Assembly: GCF_000008625.1 (NCBI RefSeq)
Contig: NC_000918.1
Coordinates: 930,001-962,000, forward strand
Source: Aquifex aeolicus VF5
Lineage (GTDB): Bacteria > Aquificota > Aquificia > Aquificales > Aquificaceae
Reading direction: 5' to 3'
Length of the DNA stretch: 32,000 bases
Both the position numbers and the translations under genes were made by a program. Under the pieces are notes generated by a model. That model searched no databases and was not told where the DNA came from. It was given only the letters and a program-made list of their open reading frames with translations. Numbering within the stretch: position 1 is the first letter of the stretch; the number at the start of each line of letters is the position of its first letter. This document shows, in pieces, positions 20,129 to 28,757 of the stretch.

Positions 20129-21094
20129 ATGAACATCCTAGTAACTGGCTGTGCTGGATTGATAGGGTGGAAGGTATCCGAGAAACTGCTGGAGCATGGA
20201 CACAGGGTTATCGGAGTAGATAACTTAAACTCTTACTACGATCCGAGGCTAAAGGAATACAGACTGGAGCAACTAAAAAAATTTGAGAACTTTAAGTTTT
20301 ACAAGGTTAATATAGAAAACAGGGAAGCTTTAAGGATTCTGTTTCAGGAGTTTGAATTTGACGCCGTTATAAACGAAGCCGCAAGGGCTGGGGTGAGGTA
20401 CTCAATACAAAACCCTCACATTTACTTCACAACCAATACTCTAGGAAATTTAAACTTATTAGAACTTATGAAAGAATTCGGAGTTAAGAAACTCATTCTC
20501 GCCTCTACTTCTTCCCTTTACGCTGGTCAACCAATGCCTTTTAAAGAAGAACTTCCCGTAAACACACCCATTTCTCCTTACGCTGCAAGCAAGAAGGCGG
20601 CAGAAGTTACCGCATACACCTACCACTACCTCTACGGGATAGATGTCGTTATCCTGAGGTACTTCACCGTTTACGGACTGGCAGGCAGACCCGATATGGC
20701 TGTATTTAACTTTATCTACAAAACACTGAAGGGAATTCCTATAAAAGTTTACGGGGATGGAAGTCAGAAGAGGGATTTCACTTACGTCGACGACGTAGCG
20801 GAAGCCACTGTAAAAGCCCTGAACCTCAAGGGATACGAAATAATAAACGTGGGAAACAATAAACCGAGGGCTTTGAAGGAGTTAATAGAACTTATAGAAA
20901 AGTACACGGGTAAAGAAGTAAAAGTTGAGTACGGAGATTTTCACAAGGCGGATATGAGGGACACTTGGGCGGACATAACGAAGGCAAAGAGATTACTCGG
21001 GTGGGAACCTAAAACTTCCCTTGAAGAGGGCGTAAAGAAAACGGTGGAGTGGTTTCTTGAGAACTGGGACTGGGTAAAAGATTTAAGGGTTTAG
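20129..21094 (+). CDS. NAD-dependent nucleotide-sugar epimerase/dehydratase (UDP-glucuronate/UDP-glucose 4-epimerase-like)
   Basis: 321 aa; TGCAGLIG, DNLNSYYDPRLKEYRL, YAASK, RDFTYVDDV. Confidence 0.92.
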   Translation: MNILVTGCAGLIGWKVSEKLLEHGHRVIGVDNLNSYYDPRLKEYRLEQLKKFENFKFYKVNIENREALRILFQEFEFDAVINEAARAGVRYSIQNPHIYFTTNTLGNLNLLELMKEFGVKKLILASTSSLYAGQPMPFKEELPVNTPISPYAASKKAAEVTAYTYHYLYGIDVVILRYFTVYGLAGRPDMAVFNFIYKTLKGIPIKVYGDGSQKRDFTYVDDVAEATVKALNLKGYEIINVGNNKPRALKELIELIEKYTGKEVKVEYGDFHKADMRDTWADITKAKRLLGWEPKTSLEEGVKKTVEWFLENWDWVKDLRV

Positions 21095-22215
21095 TAGAAC
21101 ACCATTCCCGCGTAGGAGACCTTAGAGTCTGTGGGTGCTTCGTGGTAAACGTCGTAATCAAGGAGCTTTCCTTCTTTAACTCCCAAGTTCTTGAGAATTT
21201 CTAAGAATACAAAGTTCGTAAACTGTCCGTCTATGCGTGTTCTGTTGTTGTCACTCTGAAGGAGATTAAATGCCTCCTCGTTCTTAAGCTCCGCCAGTAG
21301 ATTTATGTACTCCCTGTCCCTCGGAGAAGGGTCGTAAGAGTGCGGGTCCCCAAACTTCCTTCCCACATGTGAAAAATCCACGCTGGAAATTATGAGAGGG
21401 TTTTGAGAGTCTTCCAGTACTTTCGTGATTTTATGTGCGATTTCTTTGAGACTTTTCGTATCTCCGTAGGAAACTATCGCAGGTATTACCTTCACTTCGG
21501 GAAATAGGTACTTCAAGAAGATTGTTTGAAACTCTATGGAGTGTTCGTTTTTGTACGCAAGTACATCGTGAGAAAGGTCGTAATCAAACATCTTCTGGAG
21601 TTCTTCCACTCTTTCTATATCAACTTTCAGGTCACCTAAGGGAGTCCTCAGGTCGAGCGGCAGGACGGAAAAGGGTGTTTCGTGAAAGTAGTGAGATACT
21701 CCGAGGAGAACAACGGTGTCGTATTCGTTTTCCTTTATTGCAGAGTAAACGCTCCCGTAAACTCCGCTTGCAACTCTCAAATCCATGTGAGGGACTAAAA
21801 TGCCTCTCGCTTTAAACTTTTCGGAGTTTTTATTTACAGTTTCCTCAATAAAGTTTTTTAGTTCTTGGGGATTTTCAGGATAAGCCTGGCCTGCGTGGGA
21901 CGGTTCCCTGTAGCCCTTTTTCAGGATTTTCTCCCTTTCCTCTTTTAGTTTGTTTAAAAATCTTTCGTTATAAAGGAGGTAGTTCTCGTCCAAGAAATTT
22001 ATTACCTGATTTATCTCCTCCTTCGGGATTAAATGTCCTGTTTTTTTGAAAAACTCCGCCTGAAGGTCCGTTATATCTCTCGTTCCGTCCATTAAGGAGA
22101 GTAGAAAAAGGAGTTCGGGAGTTGCTATAAAGGGCTGGGAGATGCCCACGGGGTCGCGAACCACGAACTTATCCCCGTAGGGCTGGAGGTCAAAAAACCT
22201 TACCTTCGGCTTCAT
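21091..22215 (-). CDS. MEMO1-family protein (AmmeMemoRadiSam system protein B-like) with N-terminal PqqD-like domain
   Basis: 374 aa; [58 protein letters not shown]; about 90 aa N-terminal extension. Confidence 0.88.
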   Translation of the reverse strand: MKPKVRFFDLQPYGDKFVVRDPVGISQPFIATPELLFLLSLMDGTRDITDLQAEFFKKTGHLIPKEEINQVINFLDENYLLYNERFLNKLKEEREKILKKGYREPSHAGQAYPENPQELKNFIEETVNKNSEKFKARGILVPHMDLRVASGVYGSVYSAIKENEYDTVVLLGVSHYFHETPFSVLPLDLRTPLGDLKVDIERVEELQKMFDYDLSHDVLAYKNEHSIEFQTIFLKYLFPEVKVIPAIVSYGDTKSLKEIAHKITKVLEDSQNPLIISSVDFSHVGRKFGDPHSYDPSPRDREYINLLAELKNEEAFNLLQSDNNRTRIDGQFTNFVFLEILKNLGVKEGKLLDYDVYHEAPTDSKVSYAGMVFY

Positions 22216-23450
22216 ACCGCCTGCTCGAATATGAGCTTCGGTTTTTCTTTGTTCTTCACAACATTCTCGTCTATTATTACCTCTTTTACTCCGGGAAGGG
22301 AGGGAACTTCAAACATAATGTCCGCCATTATGTCTTCCATTATGGCTCTTAGTCCTCTTGCCCCTGTTTTTCTCCTTATGGCTTCCTTTGCGATTTCCCT
22401 GAGTGCTTTTTCCGTGAAGGTGAGTTTAACACCTTCAAGTTCAAAGAGCTTTTGGTACTGTTTCACTAATGCGTTTTTTGGTTCTACGAGTATCCTCACG
22501 AGTTCATCTTCGGTGAGTTCTCTCAGCGTCGCTATAACGGGGAACCTTCCTATAAATTCGGGTATCATCCCGAACCTTATGAGGTCGTCTGGCTCAACGA
22601 GTTCGAGAAGATCCTGTTCTTTGTCCACTTTCTTTATTTCCGCTTCAAAACCTACTCTGGACTTCCCGAGCCTTTGCTTTATTATGTCCTCAAGTCCTAC
22701 AAACGCCCCGCCACATATGAAGAGTATGTCCGTTGTGTCCACCTGAATGAATTCCTGATGGGGGTGCTTTCTTCCGCCTTGAGGGGGAACGTTTACGACG
22801 CTTCCCTCAACTATCTTGAGGAGTGCCTGCTGTACTCCTTCTCCCGAAACGTCCCTCGTTATGGAAGGGTTTATACCGCTTTTTTTCGCAATCTTGTCTA
22901 TCTCGTCTATGTAAACTATTCCCTTTTGTGCCGCTTTGACGTCGTAGTCGCAGGCCTGAAGTAGTCTGACGAGTACGTTTTCTACGTCCTCACCGACGTA
23001 TCCGGCTTCTGTGAGAGAAGTTGCGTCCGCAATCGCAAAGGGAACGTTCAGTATTTTTGCGAGGGTTCTTGCAAGGAGCGTTTTTCCCGAACCTGTGGGA
23101 CCTATCAGGAGTATGTTGCTCTTTTCAAGTTCAACGTCGTCGAGGGAGAGTCCCGCTTCCTTTGCCTTTATGCGCTTGTAGTGGTTGTAAACTGCAACTG
23201 AGAGGATTTTTTTCGCCCTCTCCTGACCTATAACGTACTCGTCTAGTATCTTCTTTATCTGTTCGGGCTTCGGGATGTCTTTGAGCTCAAAGTTATAACT
23301 CGTTTTCTTATTTTCCCTGACTATCTGATAACACTTTTCAACACACTCGTCACATATGTAGGTGTTGTTAGGTCCGGCTATCAGTATCAGTACTTCGTCC
23401 TGTCTCTTTCCGCAAAAGGAACAGAATTCCTTGTTAACTTTCACAGCCAT
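22212..23450 (-). CDS. clpX: ATP-dependent Clp protease ATP-binding subunit ClpX
   Basis: 412 aa; [11 protein letters not shown]...CDEC zinc domain, [30 protein letters not shown] ([10 protein letters not shown]), [14 protein letters not shown]. Confidence 0.98.
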   Translation of the reverse strand: MAVKVNKEFCSFCGKRQDEVLILIAGPNNTYICDECVEKCYQIVRENKKTSYNFELKDIPKPEQIKKILDEYVIGQERAKKILSVAVYNHYKRIKAKEAGLSLDDVELEKSNILLIGPTGSGKTLLARTLAKILNVPFAIADATSLTEAGYVGEDVENVLVRLLQACDYDVKAAQKGIVYIDEIDKIAKKSGINPSITRDVSGEGVQQALLKIVEGSVVNVPPQGGRKHPHQEFIQVDTTDILFICGGAFVGLEDIIKQRLGKSRVGFEAEIKKVDKEQDLLELVEPDDLIRFGMIPEFIGRFPVIATLRELTEDELVRILVEPKNALVKQYQKLFELEGVKLTFTEKALREIAKEAIRRKTGARGLRAIMEDIMADIMFEVPSLPGVKEVIIDENVVKNKEKPKLIFEQAV

Positions 23451-23469
23451 GGTTTAAAAACTTAAGCCT

Positions 23470-24075
23470 TTACTCTCTCTTTTCAATAACCTTGTCTATT
23501 AGACCGTAATCTTTGGCTTCGTAAGGAGACATGAAGTAGTCCCTTTCTATGTCGTTCGCTATCTTGTCCTTGGGTTGTCCCGTATGCTTTGCGAGTATGT
23601 CTATGAGCATTTCCTTAATTCTCTTTATCTCTTCAGCGTGGATGATTATGTCCGTAGCCTGTCCCTGTATTCCACCGAGGGGCTGGTGAATCATTATCCT
23701 CGAGTGGGGAAGTGCGTACCTCTTTCCGGGAGCTCCCGCGGCAAGGAGTATTGCTCCCATGGAAGCCGCCTGTCCCATGCATATAGTAACCACGTCGGGT
23801 TTTATGTACTGCATAGTGTCGTATATGGCGAGTCCTGCTGTAACCGAACCGCCCGGGGAGTTTATGTATAGGTATATATCCTTGTCCGGATCTTGGCTTT
23901 CGAGGAAAAGTAGCTGGGCAACGATTAAGTTGGCAACATGGTCGTCTATAGGAGAACCGAGAAGGACGATCCTGTCCTGAAGGAGCCTCGAATATATGTC
24001 GTAGGCTCTTTCACCTCTCGGCGTTTGCTCTATTACTATGGGAACGAGCTGGTCAAGTATTTCCTTGTGATTCAT
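23470..24075 (-). CDS. clpP: ATP-dependent Clp protease proteolytic subunit
   Basis: 201 aa; [64 protein letters not shown]; strong GGAGGT upstream. Confidence 0.98.
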   Translation of the reverse strand: MNHKEILDQLVPIVIEQTPRGERAYDIYSRLLQDRIVLLGSPIDDHVANLIVAQLLFLESQDPDKDIYLYINSPGGSVTAGLAIYDTMQYIKPDVVTICMGQAASMGAILLAAGAPGKRYALPHSRIMIHQPLGGIQGQATDIIIHAEEIKRIKEMLIDILAKHTGQPKDKIANDIERDYFMSPYEAKDYGLIDKVIEKRE

Positions 24076-25389
24076 TCTTTACCTCCTCTTTTTCTTCCTT
24101 CTTTTCTTCTTCCTGTTTTTGCTCCACTTCCTTTATCTTAACCTTGGAAATGATTTCCTTAAGGGCTTTCTTTCTCCTTGCGTCTTCGTAAACAACCTGT
24201 TCGAGGTTGTTCTCCTTGAAGTACTTCTTAATTTCATCCACGGTAGTTCCGTACTGCTCTGCGAGTTCTTTGTACTGTGCCTCTATATCTTCTCCAGTAG
24301 GTTCTATTCCCTTCTCCTGAGCGTACTTGTCGAGAATAAACCTGAGTTTTATGTTAGCCTCGGCTATAGGCTGAACTTCTTCCACTATCTTCTTTATGTC
24401 CACGTACCTGGTATCTATACCGAGTGCCTGAAGTTCCCTCAGTCTTCTATCAACTAGGAAGGATAATTCCCTTCTCAGGAGCGTCTGGGGCACGGGAATG
24501 TCGTGTATTTCCACGAGCTTGTCTGCAACTCTTTCTTCGATTACCTGCTCTTTCAGTTTTTCGAGTTTTTGTTTTATGTCTTCTCTGATCTTTTCTTCGA
24601 GGTCCTTAAGGGACGCGTAGCCAAGTTCTTTTGCGAACTCGTCGTTTAGCTCTGGAAGAACCTTCTTCTTTATCTCCTTTATCTTGATCTTTATGTTAAC
24701 TTTTCCTACTTCCTTACCTTCTTGATCGTAGAGGGGGAGTTCTTTTAGTTCTACTTCTTCTCCTACCTTCTTTCCTTTGAGGGCTTCCTCTACTTCGGGT
24801 CTGAGCATTCCCTGACCGAGTATTACGGAGGTTTCCTGTTTTACCTTCTCACCTTCTCCGCCTATTTCTTCCACTTCGTATTCAACGACGAGCATATCTC
24901 CCTCTTGGGCGGGTTCGTTTTCATCTTTTGGTTCCCAGACGGCGTTTGCCTCCCTCAGTCTCTCGAGTTCCTCCTTCACGTAATCTTCCTTAAACTCTAT
25001 CTTGGGAACTTCTACTTCGAGGTTTTCTACGTCTTTTAGCTCGAACTCGGGAGCAACCTCGAAGCTCACCACGTACTTTACCTTTCCTTCCTTTTCGTCA
25101 ACTTCTACCTTTTCTAAGAAAACGTCTGCCACTGGCTTCAGGTTAGCCTCTTCCAGAGCTTTCTGAAGGGTCTCATCGGCGATCTTCTTTCCTACTTCTT
25201 CCTCTACGTAGTCCTTGTACTTAGCCCTTACTATCCAGAGGGGAGCTTTCCCTTTTCTGAACCCTTGAATCTGAACGGTTTTCTGGAGTTGCTTGTACAT
25301 CTCGTCTATTTTTTCCTTAACGCTATCTCCCTGTATTTCAACGGTTAGGGCTTTGAAAAGACTTCCCTGTCCTGAACCTCGACTTTCAT
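24053..25389 (-). CDS. tig: Trigger factor; natural start at 25389, but reading frame is disrupted by an apparent 1-nt deletion about 9 codons in
   Basis: Body frame matches trigger factor ([41 protein letters not shown]). SD GGAGG then ATG gives MKVEVQDRE; then a 1-nt frame change is needed to reach LFKALTVE. The ORF-track start at 25489 lies inside a tRNA. Confidence 0.92.
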
Positions 25390-25408
25390 TTTTACCTCCG
25401 TTTTTGTG

Positions 25409-25495
25409 TGGTGCGGGTGGCGGGAGTCGAACCCGCACGCCCTTACGGGCACCGGATCCTAAGTCCGGCGCGTCTGCCAGTTCCGCCACACCCGC
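25409..25495 (-). tRNA. tRNA-Leu(UAG), encoded CCA
   Basis: RC: GCGGGTGTGGCGGAACTGGCAGACGCGCCGGACTTAGGATCCGGTGCCCGTAAGGGCGTGCGGGTTCGACTCCCGCCACCCGCACCA; acceptor GCGGGTG/CACCCGC, anticodon stem CCGGA/TCCGG with loop CTTAGGA, long variable arm CCC..GGG, T-loop GTTCGACTC. Confidence 0.97.
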
Positions 25496-25505
25496 TAAAT
25501 AGTTA

Positions 25506-25511
25506 ATTATA
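25506..25511 (-). promoter_or_regulatory. Candidate -10 box (TATAAT) for tRNA-Leu-tig-clpP-clpX operon
   Basis: Exact TATAAT on minus strand, 10 nt before tRNA position 1; no convincing -35. Confidence 0.5.
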
Positions 25512-25512
25512 T

Positions 25513-26160
25513 TTAAAATTCCACGATGTGGTTATCCATTAACTTAACCAAGTCAGAAGGTCTCGAGAGTGTAAAGTCGGGTATTTGAGAGTTTAACTTA
25601 ACGTAACCCCACAGGGCAAGGGCCGTTTTAGTTCCCGCCCTTTTGCCAGCCTCTATGTCCGCATCCGTGTCTCCTACTATTAAGGCCTTTTCGGGTTCTT
25701 CTCCCAATATTTCGAGAGTCTTCAATACCGGCGTAGGAGAGGGCTTCTTTTCTCCGAAGGTATCTCCTCCCACGATCAGGTCAAAGTAGCCCGAAAGATT
25801 AAGTATGTCGAGGATCTTCTTTGAGAGTTCCTCGAGCTTGTTTGATACTACAGCGAGTTTAAAACCTTTACTTTTCAGGGCTTCGAGTGTATAAGGAATT
25901 TCCGGATAAGGTTTCGTATAAACCACGGGGTTTTCGAGGTAGTGTTTTCTGAAAACTTCAACGTACTCTTCCCTGAACTTGTCTTTGAGAACCTTCTCAA
26001 GCAGAGCCCTGACTCCCCCGCCTATGTACTTGGTTACGTTATCGGGATAGTACTCCTCTAAACCGAGCTCTTTTAAAGTCTTCTCAAGAGCCAAGGCTAT
26101 ATCCTTTGCAGAGTCTATAAGTGTTCCGTCCAGGTCAAACAGAATTACTCTCATGCGCAC
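25513..26160 (-). CDS. gph: Phosphoglycolate phosphatase-like HAD hydrolase
   Basis: 215 aa; VILFDLDGTLIDSAKDI, KLAVVSNK, GEKKPSPTPVLKTL, IVGDTDADIEAGKRAG; start may be the ATG at 26154. Confidence 0.9.
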   Translation of the reverse strand: MRMRVILFDLDGTLIDSAKDIALALEKTLKELGLEEYYPDNVTKYIGGGVRALLEKVLKDKFREEYVEVFRKHYLENPVVYTKPYPEIPYTLEALKSKGFKLAVVSNKLEELSKKILDILNLSGYFDLIVGGDTFGEKKPSPTPVLKTLEILGEEPEKALIVGDTDADIEAGKRAGTKTALALWGYVKLNSQIPDFTLSRPSDLVKLMDNHIVEF

Positions 26161-26633
26161 TTCTTTATGTAATCTTCCAGTCTTTCCTTCTTAAACTCCT
26201 CCTTCTTCACGTAGTTTATAACGCACGCAAACTTCTCAGGAGGAAGGTAGCCAGGAATCTGGAGTATTAAGTTTCCGTTCTTGTCGTAAAAGATGAGGTT
26301 CGGAAAAGACGTAGCCTTCAGTTTTCTCGCGAGTTCCTTTTCGGACAAAACTTCAACCTTCCCGCCTATGTTAGTCTTGACGGGCTCGTAACTCTCGTAC
26401 AGGAGTGTGTAAATGTCTATACCCTTCAGGGCTTCCTGAAGTCTCTTTTCAGTCTTTATATCCTTCTTCAACTGGGCACAGTATATACAGCTTTTGCTCT
26501 CCACTATAAGAAGCGCATACTTGTTCTTCGGTATTATGGACTTTGCCTCCTGAACCTGAGATTTTTCCTCTCCCGAGGAACACGCAATCAGGAAGATAAA
26601 CACGATAAAGAGAAATTTGTAAATCACTCTCAT
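26151..26633 (-). CDS. Thioredoxin-fold lipoprotein
   Basis: 160 aa; lipobox-like LIACSS, CIYC active-site-like motif, TSFPNLIFYDKNG with a cis-Pro-like position. Confidence 0.85.
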   Translation of the reverse strand: MRVIYKFLFIVFIFLIACSSGEEKSQVQEAKSIIPKNKYALLIVESKSCIYCAQLKKDIKTEKRLQEALKGIDIYTLLYESYEPVKTNIGGKVEVLSEKELARKLKATSFPNLIFYDKNGNLILQIPGYLPPEKFACVINYVKKEEFKKERLEDYIKKCA

Positions 26634-26651
26634 AATAGATATTTTAAAGAT

Positions 26652-27040
26652 ATGGCTACATACGAAGATGTAAAGAGAATGGTTCTTGACCTCGGTTTAG
26701 AAATCAAGGAGGAGATTCCGGAAGAGGAAGTCATAATCGTGGAAGACGAGGAGAGGGGAATAAAAAACATGGTAATTGACTGCGAGGAGGAAGTCCTCAT
26801 AATAGAACAACCGATAGGAAAGGTTTCGGAAAAACATTACGGATGGTTTTTGGAGAGGAACAGGACCTGCCCTTCGGAGCTTTCGCTTTGGACTCAGAAG
26901 ACGGGATAATTCTCTTTAGACAGACTTTGAGGCTCGATACCTTCGATTACGAGGAACTCGAAGCGAGTATATCCTCACTTGAGATATTTTTCGCAGAGTG
27001 GGGAGACGAGCTTTTAAATATCCTGAAGGAGGCTAAGTGA
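26652..27040 (+). pseudogene. YbjN / T3SS-chaperone-like or YjfI-like small acidic protein, split into two overlapping ORFs (26652..26909 and 26843..27040) by an apparent 1-nt frameshift
   Basis: N-terminal ORF runs to ...HYGWFLERNR; second frame continues DLPFGAFALDSEDGIILFRQTL...; one added G after 26864 fuses them into a single protein whose stop overlaps the pspA start. Confidence 0.7.
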
Positions 27041-27741
27041 TGGGACTTTTAAAGAGGCTTTTGAGAGTTGTAAGGGCGGAAGCCCATTCGGTTGTAGAAA
27101 AGCTTGAGGACCCTATAAAAATAACCGAAGAGGGATTGAGGGAACTCAGGAAGCAGTTAAAAGAGGCTATGGAAGCCTTGGCACAGGTAAAGGCAAGCCA
27201 GATAAGGTTTGAGAGGGAAGCCAGAAACGAAAAGGAAAGGGCCAAGGCACTCGTGAAGAAAGCCGAAAGCCTTTTACTCCAAGCACAGGAAGGAAAGATA
27301 TCACCCGAAGAGGCAGAAAAACTCGCCGCGGAACTCATCCAGAAGGCTGAACTCCACGAAAAAAACGCAAGAAGACTGGAAGAAGAGGCAAAGAGACAGA
27401 GGGAAATGGCGGTTAAACTTCAGGCAAAGATTGACGAGCTCAAGGTCCAGATCGCAAAGTACGAGGCCGAACTAAAAACACTAAAGGCGAGACTCGCTAC
27501 CGCAAGAGCGGTAAAAAAGGTAAACAAGCAAATTGCGAAAGTTGACCCTTCCGATACGATAGCCATGCTCGAGAGAATGAAGGAAAAGGTAGAAGAAGAA
27601 GAGACGCTTGCACAGGCTTACGAGGAACTTGCAAAACAGGAAGTAGCACTGGACGTGGAAAGCGAAGCGGAAAAGAAGTTAAAGGAAGTGGAGAGTAAAC
27701 AGAAGTTAGAAGAATTGAAGAAGAGACTCGGTCTTTCCTGA
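27040..27741 (+). CDS. PspA/IM30 (ESCRT-III-like) family protein
   Basis: About 233 aa all-helical protein beginning MGLLKRLLRVVRAEAHSVVEKLEDPIKITEEGLRELRKQL; A/E/K-rich coiled coil; GGAGG then ATG overlapping previous stop (TGATG). Track start at 27037 is GTG. Confidence 0.9.
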   Translation: MGLLKRLLRVVRAEAHSVVEKLEDPIKITEEGLRELRKQLKEAMEALAQVKASQIRFEREARNEKERAKALVKKAESLLLQAQEGKISPEEAEKLAAELIQKAELHEKNARRLEEEAKRQREMAVKLQAKIDELKVQIAKYEAELKTLKARLATARAVKKVNKQIAKVDPSDTIAMLERMKEKVEEEETLAQAYEELAKQEVALDVESEAEKKLKEVESKQKLEELKKRLGLS

Positions 27742-27742
27742 G

Positions 27743-28273
27743 ATGGGATTTCTTGAGAGGATAAAGAAACTCTTTTCGAAGGAAGAAGAAAAGCAGGAAG
27801 AAAGCATTCTCTCCAATCCTCTGGAAAGACTGAAAAAGGGGGACATAATCGAAATAGACGGGGAGACGTGGGAGGTTACGGACGTTGCTCTTTATGATTA
27901 CGGGGCGAGTAAAGAAAAGGAGTGGGAAATTCGTTCCGCCTCCCGCAGAGGATTTTTGAGCCTTGAGGAGGGAAAGATATACTTCTTTGAAGAAATTGAC
28001 CCAGAAGAACTGGAACCCGATCCGGGAGAGCATTTTAGAAAGTACGGAAAACCTCCGGAGTATGTAACCTACAAAGGAAAGAGGTACAGGCTAAAGTACG
28101 CGGGAAAGGCAAAGTACATTAAGAACCTCGAGAGTTATCCCGTAACCATCTGGGAGTTCAGGAGCGAAGACGGAGAAATGATAGACCTTGAGATTTGGGA
28201 TGAGTACGAAATTGAAGCCTACAAAGGGAGAGAACTACAGGAATGGGAAATTGAGAGTATTCTTCCTCGTTAG
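27743..28273 (+). CDS. DUF4178-like protein
   Basis: 176 aa; LKKGDIIEIDGETWEVTDVALYDYG ... WEIRSASRRGFLSLEEG...YVTYKGKRYRLKYAGKAKY resembles DUF4178; location next to PspA and DUF350-like genes. Confidence 0.7.
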   Translation: MGFLERIKKLFSKEEEKQEESILSNPLERLKKGDIIEIDGETWEVTDVALYDYGASKEKEWEIRSASRRGFLSLEEGKIYFFEEIDPEELEPDPGEHFRKYGKPPEYVTYKGKRYRLKYAGKAKYIKNLESYPVTIWEFRSEDGEMIDLEIWDEYEIEAYKGRELQEWEIESILPR

Positions 28274-28757
28274 CCTATTACTCTTTCTCCTTTCCTGCTC
28301 CTCTCCAAAAGAGGTAAAGGGAAAACCTGAAGAGTTTTTCTTAAAGAACTACGAAAAGGGTATTTACAGATACGCGATTTTAGAAAATAAGCCACAGGAC
28401 ACGGAATACTGCAAGGTCCATCTAAAAGATCTTATAAAGGAAGGTGAGTACATCTTGAGTCTTCCCTCCCGCTACAAGGTGGAAAGGGAAAAATTGAGCA
28501 CAAAGCTTTACTGCGAACTCTTTTCCAAGGGAAGGTTTCTGGAGGTTGCGGGAGAAAGGTTTACACCTCCTTCCGCTCTAAAGGTGGTGACCTTCGTAGA
28601 GTTAAAGGAGGGTTTGTTCCTCTGGTTTCTTGAAAGGGTTCGTGCTCAGGGCGGTGGTGGCGGGGGGATAATATTCCTTCCACTGCCCATTCCGTGGGGA
28701 GGAGGGTACAATTACGAGGGTAGGTACAGAACTCCGACGGGGAGGTACGGAAAGTGA
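28251..28757 (+). CDS. Small lipoprotein with Gly6 tract near C-terminus (probable TTG start)
   Basis: TTG at 28251 gives MRVFFLVSLLLFLLSCSS, signal peptide and lipobox; track ORF from 28188 would add an implausible hydrophilic prefix; C-terminus RAQGGGGGGIIFLPLPIPWGGGYNYEG. Confidence 0.75.
   Translation: MRVFFLVSLLLFLLSCSSPKEVKGKPEEFFLKNYEKGIYRYAILENKPQDTEYCKVHLKDLIKEGEYILSLPSRYKVEREKLSTKLYCELFSKGRFLEVAGERFTPPSALKVVTFVELKEGLFLWFLERVRAQGGGGGGIIFLPLPIPWGGGYNYEGRYRTPTGRYGK

Noticed and set aside
24119-24457. 112-aa plus-strand ORF opposite tig ([16 protein letters not shown]...)
   Set aside because: Phe/Leu-rich antisense shadow of the Glu/Lys-rich tig coding sequence.
25340-25370. Programmed -1 frameshifting as the explanation for the tig frame change
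   Set aside because: No X XXY YYZ heptamer in the correct frame; GTC TTT TCA would mispair after slipping. A missing base is a simpler explanation, though recoding is not excluded experimentally.
24053-25489. ORF-track start of trigger factor at 25489 (MAELADAPDLGSGARKGVRVRLPPPAP...)
   Set aside because: This prefix is the translation of tRNA-Leu sequence, a classic artefact; the true start is the SD-preceded ATG at 25389.
25293-25502. 69-aa plus-strand ORF ending in GAGGGSRTRTPLRAPDPKSGASASSATPAK
   Set aside because: Antisense translation of the tRNA-Leu gene; a common false ORF.
28188-28250. Extended N-terminus MRFGMSTKLKPTKGENYRNGK for the lipoprotein
   Set aside because: Overlaps the DUF4178-like gene and would bury the signal peptide; TTG at 28251 gives a proper lipoprotein signal.
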